From Eledone cirrhosa (lineage: Eukaryota): a DNA stretch of 64,000 bases. The position numbers and the translations under genes are program-made. The notes under the pieces were generated by a model. The model was not told where the DNA came from, ran no database searches, and saw nothing but the letters and a program-made list of their open reading frames with translations. The stretch is taken from the NCBI GenBank assembly GCA_964016885.1, contig OZ024745.1:125364001-125428000 (forward strand). Reading direction: 5' to 3'. The first letter of the stretch is position 1. Each line of letters starts with the position of its first letter. Below, one piece after another: positions 62,887 to 64,000 of the stretch.

Positions 62887-62978
62887 AATATGGTTTTATA
62901 AATATAGTTTCCATTTATTAATATATTGTATATATATATACTTAAGTAAACATTAATGCAATTCGCTTTTCCTTATTC

Positions 62979-63135
<157 letters not shown>

Positions 63136-63147
63136 CTGTGTGTGTGT

Positions 63148-63402
63148 GTGTGGTTAGAGCATTGGGCTTGCAATCGAAAGGCTGTGAGTTCAATTCTCGG
63201 ACCGAGTGAGGTGTTGTTTCCTGAGCAAGACAGTTTATTTCACGTTGCTCCAGTTTACTCAGCTGTAGAAATGAGATGAGGAGGTACCGGCCTGCCCGCC
63301 CAGTCAGTGGGATGGCGTTATCTTATGGCTAAAACAGCACGACGTGCTGTGACCAGCGGCGCCGATTGGCGCCTAACAGACTGGTCGGTCAATGTGGTCA
63401 AG

Positions 63403-63405
<3 letters not shown>
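63148..63405 (+). mobile_element. Family-B CORE-type SINE
   Basis: gtggttagagcattggg...gagttcaattctcggacc...cctgagcaagacagtttatttcacgttgctccagtttactcagctgtagaaatgag. Confidence 0.8.
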
Positions 63406-63475
<70 letters not shown>

Positions 63476-63707
63476 CAGTTAGTTACAGCCTAATTTTACT
63501 CAACCGTAGGGAAGTTAGAACAAAGTCAGAAGGGACGCATACACATTTAAACATGAGCATACATACTTTAAACTTATAATTTTATATAGCTCTGATTAAT
63601 GATTATTTATCTTATTCATTCGTTCATTGAGCCACATCGTTGAAGGTGGTCTACACTCATATACGTATCTATGCTTATGTTGTTTAAATATGTGTCCCTT
63701 CTGACTT

Positions 63708-63740
<33 letters not shown>

Positions 63741-63811
63741 ACACATAAATATATATATATACATACATATTTATATATTTGTGTGTACATATGAATATAT
63801 ATATATATGTG

Positions 63812-63869
<58 letters not shown>

Positions 63870-64000
63870 TGTGTATACATATAAGTATACTTGTATATGA
63901 GAAATGTATCTGCTTGTGTCTGTGTTTGTAAGGTGTATGTCTTGATCTCTGTGAACATTTTTTACATCAGCTGCCCTTCGCAGTATCTTTGGGCATATGT

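Larger units (their letters stand above)
59612..62930 (+). mobile_element. Penelope-like element (possibly Naiad-type): inverted stub + pLTR1 (~59677-60838) + truncated RT ORF + pLTR2 (~61852-62930)
   Basis: Two ~1.1-kb direct repeats, each with a hammerhead. 59612-59660 is the reverse complement of ~60878-60928. The element ends in (TA)n. Confidence 0.88.

Noticed and set aside
59677-62930. SECIS element or selenoprotein recoding, as reported for some Naiad PLEs
   Set aside because: No in-frame UGA is evident in the retained ORF pieces, and no AUGA..AA..GA kink-turn hairpin could be identified by eye. A SECISearch run would be needed.

Overview
This is AT-rich, repeat-dominated eukaryotic DNA. 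The SINE and LINE repertoire and very long (TA)n arrays suggest a coleoid cephalopod, Octopus-like (inference). No host protein-coding gene can be supported, and almost all long ORFs in the track are translations of (TA)n or (CA)n microsatellites. The window holds: (i) many tRNA-derived SINE copies of at least two families, including an 11-unit 45-bp tandem array of a SINE head; (ii) decayed RTE-clade and R4/Dong-clade LINEs, one young intact RTE 3' ORF, and one RTE insertion with a twin-priming-type 5' inversion; (iii) at least three Penelope-like element (PLE) families, with RT, GIY-YIG and pLTR pieces often inside (TA)n tracts; (iv) a non-autonomous Helitron, piggyBac-type MITEs and a foldback-like element; (v) a 200-N scaffold gap. 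The most interesting signal is a dispersed set of minimal type-I hammerhead ribozyme motifs read directly from the sequence. Four have intact core boxes and good stems, and several are variants (U3:A8 core swap, an extra nucleotide after A9, GAAA>GGGG). There are also two copies of a ~165-bp TA-embedded element ending in a Y-shaped hairpin whose interior occurs in flip/flop orientations and resembles a hammerhead lacking the CUGANGA box. All alignments and folds were done by eye; no database searches were run.
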